Source: Octopus sinensis (taxonomy: Eukaryota). From it: a stretch of DNA of 12,364 nt. Of the stretch, positions 1 through 9,259 are shown piece after piece. Location: contig NW_021826602.1 in NCBI RefSeq assembly GCF_006345805.1, positions 1 to 12,364 of the forward strand, written 5' to 3'. A program made the position numbers and the translations under genes. Each line of letters starts with the position of its first letter. Position 1 is the stretch's first letter. The notes below the pieces were generated by a model. It was given only the letters and a program-made list of their open reading frames with translations, was not told the origin of the DNA and made no database searches.

Positions 1-105
1 AATATTTTGATAAGGTTCGTTTTTTCAAGAACCGAAACATGTAAAATTCATAAGAAAATTAAAATTCATCTAATATAGTGGCGTTTTCAAACTTCTTTTT
101 TACAA

Positions 106-233
<128 letters not shown>

Positions 234-240
234 TTGCATT

Positions 241-625
241 CAGGGCGTGGACAAAAGTAGGTACACATCTGCTTAATATGAGTGGAATGTTTTCTCCATT
301 TCTCGATTTGTCTTTCAGCAGAAGCTTTCTATGCTTCTATGTTGCTTTGAACAAATTCATTTTTAAATAATAAAATAATTATCCTTAATTTTAGATATTA
401 TATGATTCGAAATCTGACCATCGATGAACAAAAGTGGATCATTAAGCACGAGAGGAAAACAGAGAATGCAGATATGGTTAGACAAAGACGGACTGAAAAT
501 TGTCAAAGACTTACTCCGTCAAGATTAACAGTTTAAGAGAATACGTCTGACAAATTCGAACAGAATGGGTCCATATACAATGCACAGACAAGTGGTCGAT
601 CGGTCAGTGCTACCAGGAAGCTATA
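241..625 (+). mobile_element. 5' remnant of a Tc1/mariner DNA transposon (probably DD37D/maT-like)
   Basis: CAGGGCGTGGACAAAAGTAGGTACACA at 241 resembles a Tc1/mariner TIR start. A transposase-like frame begins at 402. No matching right TIR was found. Confidence 0.6.
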
Positions 626-629
626 GAAT
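402..629 (+). pseudogene. Degenerate mariner transposase N-terminal HTH (DUF4817-like)
   Basis: MIRNLTIDEQKWIIKHERKTENADMVRQRRTENCQRLTPSRLTV*ENTSDKFEQNGSIYNAQTSGRSVSAT, with TAA at 534-536. It resembles the LT.EE.KWI.K..WK.EN...V.R...P.R.TI.RI.DKFE..G.V...SGR pattern of these transposases (recalled). Confidence 0.65.
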
Positions 630-634
630 GATAT

Positions 635-931
635 CACCGTAATCACCGTGACCGACCAGGCTATCAGATGTTGCTACACATCGCTGGTCACAATGCGCTT
701 CGCATTGTTTTAGCCTTCAAATGACGCCACCCCGCTGGCTAAGCGAGCAGGCCAACAGAAGAAAGAGTGAGAGAAAGTTGTGGCGAAAGAGTGCAGCAGG
801 GATCGCCACCACGCCCTGCCGGAACCTCGTGGAGCTTTAGGTGTTTTCGCTCAATAAACACTCACAACGCTAGGTCTGGGAATCGAAACCGCGAGTCCGC
901 TGCCCTAACCACTGGGCCATTGCGACTCCAC
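635..931 (-). mobile_element. tRNA-derived SINE, near full length
   Basis: Minus strand has A box TGGCCCAGTGG (919-909), B box GGTTTCGATTCC (890-879) and a (CACGGTGAT)-like tail. Flanked by ATAGAATGATAT (623-634) and ATAGGATGATAT (932-943), 11/12 identical. Confidence 0.85.
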
Positions 932-1639
932 ATAGGATGATATACAGTTGTTAATTCATTACAGCCGTTTCAAGCGACTCCTTTAATTGATTAACGCAAA
1001 CATTATGTCATTTGAAAGAAACCGTTCTCGTCAGATGACTGCATAGACTTCAAATTAATATTGTTTGGTTGTGCGGAATGTACCAACCTAACAAGGTGCT
1101 TCAATTTTAGTATCTAAATCAACGGAATCTAAATTACATATATTTACAGATACATAGACACACTCATACATACAAGTACATAGACACACATACGTACATA
1201 TTTATACAATTGTATATGCACATGTGGTGTGCGTGTGCAAAGCTTAACGCATTTTAAATATGTATATAAAACCGTTTACAGCTAATATATTGTTTAAGTG
1301 AGAAAACAGTCAAAAATAACTGCAACACTCGAAGGCAAGGAAAATGTAGATTTATAAACGAAGGACATTTTGTTATGTCTTGTTAAGAAACGGAAATGAT
1401 TTGCTGTTGGCTGCACTTGGAAATTGTGGCATGATTTGCCAAATAATTGGTCAAGAATCTCGCTTTCTGTCTTCCCATCAATAATCATGTACCGACATCG
1501 ACATAGATTATACAGACGAATTTGTTCTAAGTTATTGCCAATCAATTCGATTCTGGACACCATTTTTTTTTTCAACTGTTTACTGCGTTGGCTTTCATTC
1601 CTTAGGCTAGAGGTTAGCGGAGAAGATCGTAAGTTAAAA

Positions 1640-2225
1640 CACACACACACACGTACACACACACGTACACACACACGTACACACACACACACACGCACAC
1701 ACACGCACACACGCACGCACACATGCACACACACACGCACAACACAGACATAGACACATATACATACATACATTCGTACATACATAAATGCATATATACA
1801 TACATACATACATATATGCATTCATACATACATAAATGCATATATACATACGTACATATGCACATACAAACACAAATACATACATACATACGTACGAACG
1901 TATATACATATATACATACGTACATACATACGTACATACATACGTACGCACATACATGCATACGTAAATACATACATATGTATATGCATTTATACATACA
2001 TATATGCATACATACAAACGTACATACATACGTATATACATACACACAGATATACACATGTATATGAAAGGAATTATGTTTGTAGTGGCATAAATATATA
2101 TTTATACACCTACGTGCATACATACATTCATTCCCGGATGTATACATATCCATATATGCACACACACATACACACACACACATACACACGCACGCACAGA
2201 CATACAGACACAGATACACACATAC
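1640..2225. repeat. Degenerate (CA)n/(TACA)n array
   Basis: Mostly alternating purine-pyrimidine with TACA/TACG/TGCA/CACA variants. Confidence 0.95.
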
Positions 2226-2284
2226 GGACGTGATAGAAACTGGAGCGAATGACATTCTTTATTTAAAACCACTACGATTGTTTC

Positions 2285-2400
2285 GACAAGAGTTATGCGT
2301 GTCTGCGGAATGCTCTGTCACTTGCACGTTAAACGCACGATCAAGCTGTTCCGTTGTTCGGATCAACTGGAACCCTCGTCGTTATAACCGACGGAGTGAC
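2285..2400 (+). mobile_element. 3' tail fragment of a SINE/LINE-related dispersed repeat
   Basis: CACTTGCACGTT...GCTGTTCCGTTGTTCGGATCAACTGGAACCCTCGTCG...ACCGACGGAGTG matches my recollection of an octopus SINE 3' end. Confidence 0.55.
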
Positions 2401-2424
2401 AGTTATATGAGCGGTAATGTTATA

Positions 2425-2729
2425 TCCTCTTCCTCCTCCTCCTCCCCCGCCGCCTCCTCCTCCTCCTCCTCCTTCCTCCTCCTCCTCCCCCGCCTCCTCC
2501 TCCTCCTCCTCCTCCTCCTCTCCTTCTTCTTCTTCTTCTTCTTTCTCCTCCTCCCTCCTCCTCCTCTTTATTCCCCTACTTCTCCTCTCCCTCCTCCTCC
2601 TCCTTCCTCCTCCCCTCCTCTTCTCACCCTCTTCCCCCTACTCCCTTCTCATTCCTCCCTTCCCATCCTCCCGTCCCCCTCCTCCCCCTCCCCGTCCCCT
2701 CCTTCCTTCACCTCCCTTCCCCTCCTCCT
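2425..2729. repeat. Polypyrimidine tract, (CCT)n/(CTT)n
   Basis: About 300 nt almost entirely C/T. Confidence 0.95.
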
Positions 2730-2874
2730 GGACTATAGGTCACCATCGATAAACAGACCTCCATCTGTGTCGATCTTATCCTAATGGATAGCAGACCACC
2801 TGCCAATCCTTCTCTCTGTGCTTTCATCTCCCTTTCGTCTCTGCCCCATCAGGTTCCAGCACTTGTCCAATACT

Positions 2875-3006
2875 CACAGGCATCGAAAAGATGCAAAACA
2901 AAATCTGATGTCGACATCACTTGAACTCAGAGCGTAGACATTTTTGAAACAAATAGTGCAAGGTCTTCGATCCCTCGCTCTAACCGTTCTGCAATTCCAC
3001 CGCCTT
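2875..3006 (-). mobile_element. Highly degenerate copy of the SINE family at 6514-6726
   Basis: CGAAAAGATGCAAAAC...GTCGACATCACTTGAACTCAGAGCGTAGAC and TTCTGCAATTCCACCGCCTT parallel CGAAAGGATGAAAGGC...TTTGAACTCAGAACGTAAAGAC and TTCTGCCAGCTCGCTGCCTT. Confidence 0.6.
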
Positions 3007-3039
3007 ATTCAGAAATGTAGCATCCAATGTGTTCCTCCT

Positions 3040-3120
3040 AAATTGTAAGACAGTAACAGATAATTTGATAGAGATTTGGCTGTTTTTTCTAGCAGCTCGA
3101 GGGACCATCTAGAAACTCCG
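3040..3120. repeat. Probable dispersed-repeat fragment
   Basis: GATTTGGCTGTTTTTTCTAGCAGCTCGAGGGACCATCTAGAAACTCC resembles a short octopus repeat I recall; not verifiable here. Confidence 0.35.
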
Positions 3121-3164
3121 ATGTTATTTTGTTGTAACTGATGTCTTTGATGGTACCTGGGTCG

Positions 3165-4020
3165 GTGTTGTTGTTGTTGTAGTTGCTGCTGTTGTTATTG
3201 TTGTAGCTGTTGCTATGGTCGTTACTGCTGGTGCAGTCGCTGCCGGCCCCACCTGTTCCACCAGCAGCAGCACCACCACCATCATAGCAGTAACTGCCAC
3301 CCCCATTGCTGCCACCAATACCGCCACCCGCCACCACCGTAGTTTTTTTTTGTTTTTGTTTTTGGAAGGATTGTTTATGATGATGGTGCAACTATGTTTA
3401 CTGGGGTCGTTGTCGTCGGTGCCGCCGGTTTCGTCGGTGCGACCAACCTCCGCTGCCGTTCCCGCCGTCACCCCCACCGTCGCCGCCGCACCATCACTAC
3501 CATCCCCGCTACCACCACCACCACCACCACCACCAGCAGCGTCACCCACCACACCACCACCACCACCACCACCACCACCACCACCACCAGCGTCACCACC
3601 ATCACCAGAGTCACCCCCCACCACCACCACGACCACAACCACCAGCGTCACCACCATCACCAGCGTCACCACCACCACCACCACCACGCCGCCGCCGCCA
3701 CTACAGCCCCTGCCGCCGCTAGAGCGCCTGCCAACGCCACCACCACCGCCACCACCACCGCCACCACCACCGCCACCACCACCACCATCATCACTACCAC
3801 CACCGCCACTACAGCCGCCGCCATCACCACTGCCGCCTTCACCGCCATCGTTATCGTTACAGGTTTTATAGCCGTTGTTTAATATTGTTGTTGCTGCTGT
3901 TATTGTTAATCCGATTCCAAATATAGTAAGAACTTTGCCATACTTGAAGCAGTACCAACAAAGAACGAACGAACAACAACAACAACAACAACAATAATAA
4001 TAATAAGAACAACAACAGAG
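3165..4020. repeat. Compound cryptic trinucleotide block
   Basis: (GTT/GCT), then (ACC/GCC), then (GTT), then (AAC/AAT). Strong 3-nt periodicity keeps several frames open. Confidence 0.9.
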
Positions 4021-4384
4021 ACATCAATAAAAATAAATAAATAAAACATATAAAGCAACAAAGCAAAAGAGTCGAAGAAATCATGAAATTACACCAAAAT
4101 ACAAAGAAATGATGGAACCAAATTATGAAGACAAATATACGAGAGAGAACTCTGGTATATTTTAAGAAAATTTCTGGCCAAACATAGGAAATATATTCGG
4201 TTATGAAAAATTGCTAAATATTTTTAAAACTTGGTTCGATGCCAACCAAAGTATAATATAAGAAGAATAAAAACGTAAAATTAAGTAAAAATATAAAGCT
4301 AAGCAAAAAAAACCAAAAATGTATTTTTAAAAATGATAAAATAAAAAGGGTTAAATAAAACGTATAAAAATGGTTAAAAATATG

Positions 4385-4494
4385 TAGGAGAGAAGGAGGG
4401 AGAGAGAGAGACAGAGAGAAAGGCGGAGCAGAGAGGGAGAGGCAGGGAAAGAGACGGGGAATGAGGGGGCGGGAGAGAGAGACAGGAAAATAGA

Positions 4495-4525
<31 letters not shown>
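4385..4525. repeat. Polypurine tract ending in (GA)n
   Basis: About 140 nt nearly all G/A. Confidence 0.95.
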
Positions 4526-4629
4526 TGTTATTAAGTGTAGGTACTTATGCGGGCACACATACACACACACATAGAAGTTATCACGTATTTATATACGCGG
4601 GTCGTAGAAACACTCACATATTTAGACGG

Positions 4630-4744
4630 ACACACACACACACATGCATATATATATTATATATATAATAATATATATATAATATATATATATATATTAT
4701 ATATATTTTACATATAGATGTGTATATATATATTATATATATAT

Positions 4745-4777
<33 letters not shown>

Positions 4778-5360
4778 TGTGTGTGTGTATGTGTGTGTGT
4801 GTGTATATATGTGCATATCTGCTCTCTCTCTTCTCACGCACACACATACACACACATATATACACTTATAAATAGGCATACGCATATACAGATCAGTTGA
4901 ATATCAAATACGCATACACACACAAACACACGAAGGCTACAATGACACACGTGTACACACATCTTCGATTCAGTCCGTATGTGTATGTTTGTGTGTGAGA
5001 GTGTGCGTGTGCGTGTGTACGTGTATGTAAACATATACACACATACATACACACATACGTATATTATGCATGTATACATTAATGGAAGTATATATGGGCG
5101 TATGTCTGTATGAGCGATGGTAGAAGTCTGTATGTGCATGCGCGAGCACACACACACACACACACACACAGAGACACACACAAACACACACACAAATATA
5201 TACACATACATTTGTACAGATAGATCCAAATATTGATATACACTCATGTGTGGGTACACAGTTACATAACCCTCCCAAACATACATACATACATATATGT
5301 ATCTTCTATATATATAATACACATACATACATACATATATATTATATATATACATACATA

Positions 5361-5426
<66 letters not shown>

Positions 5427-5557
5427 CGCATATATATACATCAATTTATAATCAAAACAAACCGGGTTAAATGCGAATTAGAATCAACTGCTCGTTTTCT
5501 TTTGAAATTCAATTTCCATATGGAAATGTGAAGTGTATATGATATGTATACATTATA

Positions 5558-5654
<97 letters not shown>

Positions 5655-5660
5655 ATACTC
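4630..5660. repeat. Field of (TA)n, (TG)n, (CA)n and (TACA)n microsatellites with short spacers
   Basis: Long interrupted TA runs at about 4650-4765, 5330-5425 and 5550-5657. Confidence 0.9.
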
Positions 5661-6100
5661 TCATATAAAGTGACACCCAAATACGTATGTATATTTTTTC
5701 ATAGATAGATACTGTAACATATACGTGCATATGTGTGTGTACATAGGTGGGTTTATGCGTCCGTGTATATGTGTGCGATTTAAATGTATAAACTAAAAAT
5801 GGTCCCGCATAACAACCTGCTGCATAGCAGAAAATTGCTGAGCCAATGCTGACGTCACATATCACATGACAATGCTGTAATCCACTCTTGCGTCTCAAGA
5901 TGGCAACCACCGAAGATGACTGTCCCACTCCAACTGATATCCACCCAGATGTTCATTGCTGTTTCTGGTTTAGGCACTTCTCATTTGCATTCCAATTAGT
6001 GTAAAATACATGTTATGTGCGCGCATGACACACTCATGCATACACACAAACACACACATGTATACACATACGCACGTGTACACGCAGAAGGGTATATACG
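5420..6100 (+). repeat. Left arm of a degenerate inverted duplication (partner ~7540-8160)
   Basis: Several collinear blocks match the reverse complement of the right arm. The core 5836-5920 versus 7805-7721 is 70/85 identical and ungapped (hand count). Confidence 0.85.
5836..5920 (+). promoter_or_regulatory. Candidate promoter/enhancer cassette A
   Basis: CCAAT 5843-5847, CRE TGACGTCA 5850-5857, E-box TCACATGAC 5862-5870, Inr-like CCACTCT, YY1-like CAAGATGGC 5896-5904. Confidence 0.45.
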
Positions 6101-6259
6101 CATATAATCCAAAAATAAAGAAAATAAAGACGAGGTAGAAGTGCAACAAACTCGGTGTGTTGGTTTGACGTTCAGGAATAATGAGAGAAATCGTTATCGT
6201 TTCGAGTCTATGCTCTTTCTGTAGAAAAGATCTCTCTCTCTCTTCTCTCTCCTCTCTCT

Positions 6260-6281
6260 ATCTATATATATATATATATAT

Positions 6282-6315
<34 letters not shown>

Positions 6316-6470
6316 TTCGTGTGGCGTTTTTTTTTTCCCCCACCATCGCTTGACAACCGATGTTGGTGTGTTTACGTCCCCGTAACTTAGCGGCGGTTCG
6401 GCAAAAGAGATCGATAAAATAAGTACTAGGCTTACAAAAACTGAAACAAGTAAAAAAGTAAAAGAGTATA
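6260..6470 (+). mobile_element. 3' half of the SINE family at 7072-7463, with an internal deletion
   Basis: 6343-6435 is about 87-90% identical to the reverse complement of 7160-7252. About 65 nt present in the other copy are missing after GGCTTACAAA. Confidence 0.85.
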
Positions 6471-6513
6471 ATCTTTCGGAATTGATTCTCAAAATGCAAA
6501 GCTACAAATAATA

Positions 6514-6726
6514 CTTACTACTCTAGGTACAAGGCTTGAAATTTTGGTGGCGGGGTAAGTTGATTACAGCGACCCCCAGTGATCAGCCAGTCATTATTTT
6601 ATCGACCGCGAAAGGATGAAAGGCAAAACTAACCTCGGCGGAGTTTGAACTCAGAACGTAAAGACGGACGAAATGCCGCTAAGCATTTTGCCCGGTGTGT
6701 TTACGATTCTGCCAGCTCGCTGCCTT
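6514..6726 (-). mobile_element. SINE, near full length, with TSD
   Basis: B-box-like GAGTTCAAACTCC on the minus strand. Homologous to 9648-9730. Flanked by AAAGCTACAAATAATA (6498-6513) and AAAGCTATCAATAATA (6727-6742), 14/16 identical. Confidence 0.85.
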
Positions 6727-6749
6727 AAAGCTATCAATAATAATGTTTT

Positions 6750-6836
6750 TCCCTCAAGGGCAGTTGTTTTTGGGGGAGGAGATAAGTCGAATTATCAACT
6801 CCCCAGTGTTTCACTGGTATTTAATTTATCGACCCC
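6750..6836 (-). mobile_element. Truncated 3' fragment of the same SINE family
   Basis: TTTTGGGGGAGG...CCCCAGTG...CTGGTATTTAATTTATCGACCCC parallels 6540-6607. Confidence 0.7.
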
Positions 6837-6889
6837 ATCCTTAAACTCCATCCTGTCAACATCTCGAATGTAAAATCATCCAATGTAAA

Positions 6890-6990
6890 ATTCTCCCCTG
6901 AAGACGGAGGTGGTGTTATCTTATAATGGATCCAAATAACTATCATTATTATTGACCATCAAGCCCCCAGAAACAGCTGTTGAACTTGTA
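6890..6990 (+). ncRNA. Candidate minimal type I hammerhead ribozyme motif (Penelope-like), probably degenerate
   Basis: CTGAAGA 6898-6904, helix II G(6906-6910)/C(6964-6968), GAAA 6970-6973, C-AGCT-G mini helix III, GTT triplet 6979-6981. Helix I pairs poorly. Confidence 0.5.
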
Positions 6991-7071
6991 AAACTCTTGC
7001 CATTTAACTCCTGATATCATTTCTATTCTGTAATTCGGACTATCTTATATCCATACATATTCTGTTATTAT

Positions 7072-7463
7072 TTTATTCTTTTACTTCTTTCAGTCATTTT
7101 GACTGCGGCCATGCCGGAGCACCGCCTTTAGTCGAGCAAATCGACCTCAGAACATATTCTTTGTAAGCCTAGTATTTATTATATCGGTTTCTTTTGCCGA
7201 ACAGCCAAGTTACGGGAAAGTAAACACACCAACATCAGTTGTCAAGCGATGGCGGGTGGACAAACAGACACACAAACACACACACAATATATATATATAT
7301 ATACGACGGGCTTCTTTCAGTTTTCATCTAACAAATCCACTCACAAGGTCTTGGTCAGCCCGAAGCTATAGCAGAAGACAGTTACCCAAGGTGTCACGCA
7401 GTGGGACTGACCCCGGAACCATGTGGTTGGTAAGCAAGCTACTTACCACACAGCCACTCCTGC
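7072..7463 (-). mobile_element. Full-length tRNA-derived SINE with CORE-like segment and internal TA/CA microsatellite
   Basis: A box TGGCTGTGTGG (7456-7446), B-box-like GGGTCAGTCC (7413-7404), then GACACCTTGGGTAACTGTCTT, and an A-rich 3' tail. Confidence 0.85.
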
Positions 7464-7539
7464 GGCTATGTACAATTTTTCTATTAAATTTATTCAATAT
7501 TCTGTGTAGATCGAATTGCCTAACTTTCTTGTTATTAGA

Positions 7540-8160
7540 TTTAATCATATACATACATACGTACATAAATATATGTATATAATGTAAATTTGTGCGTTGT
7601 GTATGTGCGCGCGTGTGTGTGTGTGAATGTGTGTGTATGTGTGTGTGTGTGTACTTAACATGCATTTTAAAATAATTGGAATTTTGAATGTAGAAGAAAT
7701 ACAAGCAAGAAACAGCAAGAGTCATCCGTGGTGGATGCCATATTGAGACATACGAGTGGCTTAGAGCGTTGTCATGTGACATCTGACGTCAGCATTGAGT
7801 CAGCAGAATTTTTGATAAGCAGCTGTTTTCAACGAAAATATTTAGTTTATATCTTTAACTCGTACTTAAATACATACACATATACAAAAAACTATGTACA
7901 CACACACACACAAACAGATATGCATATATGTATATATATTATATATCAATCTAAGAACGATTGTCTTGATGTGGATGTAGTCCTCGTACGTATATATACG
8001 TATACACACACACACTCATATGTATACATGCACGTTTACATACATAATATTCCTGTATATGGATTGTATTGAGAAAGAAATCGAGAAATTGGTATTCAAA
8101 TTTATGTCTAATTCAAATTTATGTCTTTATATTTCGTCTATATATCGGTGTATATATGTA
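7540..8160 (-). repeat. Right arm of the inverted duplication (partner ~5420-6100)
   Basis: ATATGGATTGTATTGAGAAAGAAATCGAG (~8057-8085) corresponds to the reverse complement of ~5470-5522. The reverse complement of ~7651-7680 corresponds to ATTCCAATTAGTGTAAAATACATGTTATGT (5989-6018). Confidence 0.85.
7721..7805 (-). promoter_or_regulatory. Candidate promoter/enhancer cassette B (inverted paralog of A)
   Basis: GCCATATTG 7737-7745, GTCATGTGAC 7771-7780, TGACGTCA 7784-7791. The CCAAT box is mutated to TCAAT. Confidence 0.4.
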
Positions 8161-8390
8161 CATGTGTGCCCATATGCGCATATTTGAGAGAACTGAGCAG
8201 AACTATTCTAGAACTAAGCATAACTTTCATCGTTGTCTCAATACCAACGTTGTGCCATGTGACTTCTTTAAATATCCTTTTCAATATTATATTGTTCTCT
8301 ATTTTTCTTATTCTCTGGTTGTCTACCCATCTATGCATGCATCGATCTGTCTGTTCGTCCGTCCGTCATGAGTCCACCCACTCATGTACA

Positions 8391-8488
<98 letters not shown>
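8391..8488. repeat. (TATC)n/(GATA)n microsatellite
   Basis: About 24 perfect units. Confidence 0.98.
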
Positions 8489-8489
<1 letters not shown>

Positions 8490-8579
8490 ATCTTTCTCTA
8501 TATATTTATCTGCAGCCTTGTGTGGCTAATAAAGAAACATATCTATCTTTCTATCTATCTTCCTTTCTCTCTCCCCCTC

Positions 8580-8653
8580 TCTCTATATATATTACGTATA
8601 TATACGCACACACCATATATCATACATACATACATACATATATATATATATAC

Positions 8654-8684
<31 letters not shown>

Positions 8685-8696
8685 ATATATTATATA

Positions 8697-8728
<32 letters not shown>

Positions 8729-8765
8729 ATATATTATAATATATATATACCTATATACATATACC
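8580..8765. repeat. Interrupted (TA)n/(TACA)n microsatellite
   Basis: Seen directly in the sequence. Confidence 0.9.
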
Positions 8766-9259
8766 AGGAGCGGTTGCGTTTGTGTTTGTGATACTCCTGC
8801 AGTCAAATTACGCACCCACGCCGCGCACACACACACAAATGCACACACATACGCACACACATACACACAAACACACACAACCGCCTACGCGAACAACTAA
8901 GCAAATGAAATAAACGAGAGCCGACATGTCGTCTGAAATTTGTTTATCATTTCCCGAGCACGTCATTGCCCTTTACCGTAAAACGCAAACGTCGGGATGT
9001 CTCCGTCTCGTTGCATGTATATGACCATCTAAGCCGAACGGAATGTTTGATCCCATTGATATTTACACTGTCTATAGAGCAAGGGCATCTATCGAATGAT
9101 TTCATCAGTGATGGATTTTCTAATGGATATCAATAGATATTAATGTCGCATTAGTCACTGCTGGTTATTTCCCTAAACGTTGAGCGGTGATGCGTAAAAA
9201 GAAATTTGGTCGCCATTTTTATTGTTTTTGAGTAATTGCCTACATGAATAACAGGGTGT

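Noticed and set aside
879-931. tRNA-like A and B boxes (also at 7404-7463 and 11381-11449)
   Set aside because: No complete cloverleaf; each continues into a SINE body, so they are SINE heads and not tRNA genes.
1015-1045. CTGACGA on the minus strand and GAAAC...GTC on the plus strand
   Set aside because: The two core halves lie on opposite strands, so no ribozyme fold is possible.
1075-1105. TGTACCAACC as the mariner right TIR
   Set aside because: Only a few bases match the reverse complement of 241-267.
2230-2784. Ser/Leu/Pro-rich ORF
   Set aside because: A SINE tail joined to a (CCT)n tract.
3215-3871. Poly-Pro ORF resembling a formin FH1/extensin
   Set aside because: It derives from (CCA)n, all overlapping frames are open, and there is no adjacent domain or splice evidence.
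5900-6004. Short ORF MATTEDDCPTPTDIHPDVHCCFWFRHFSFAFQLV from the ATG in the YY1-like motif
   Set aside because: The paralogous arm lacks ~33 nt of it and diverges right after the core, so coding is not conserved.
8921-8932. CGACATGTCG palindrome as a p53 site
   Set aside because: A single imperfect half-site with no partner.
9102-9108. CTGATGA on the minus strand as a second hammerhead core
   Set aside because: No suitably placed GAAA or helices.
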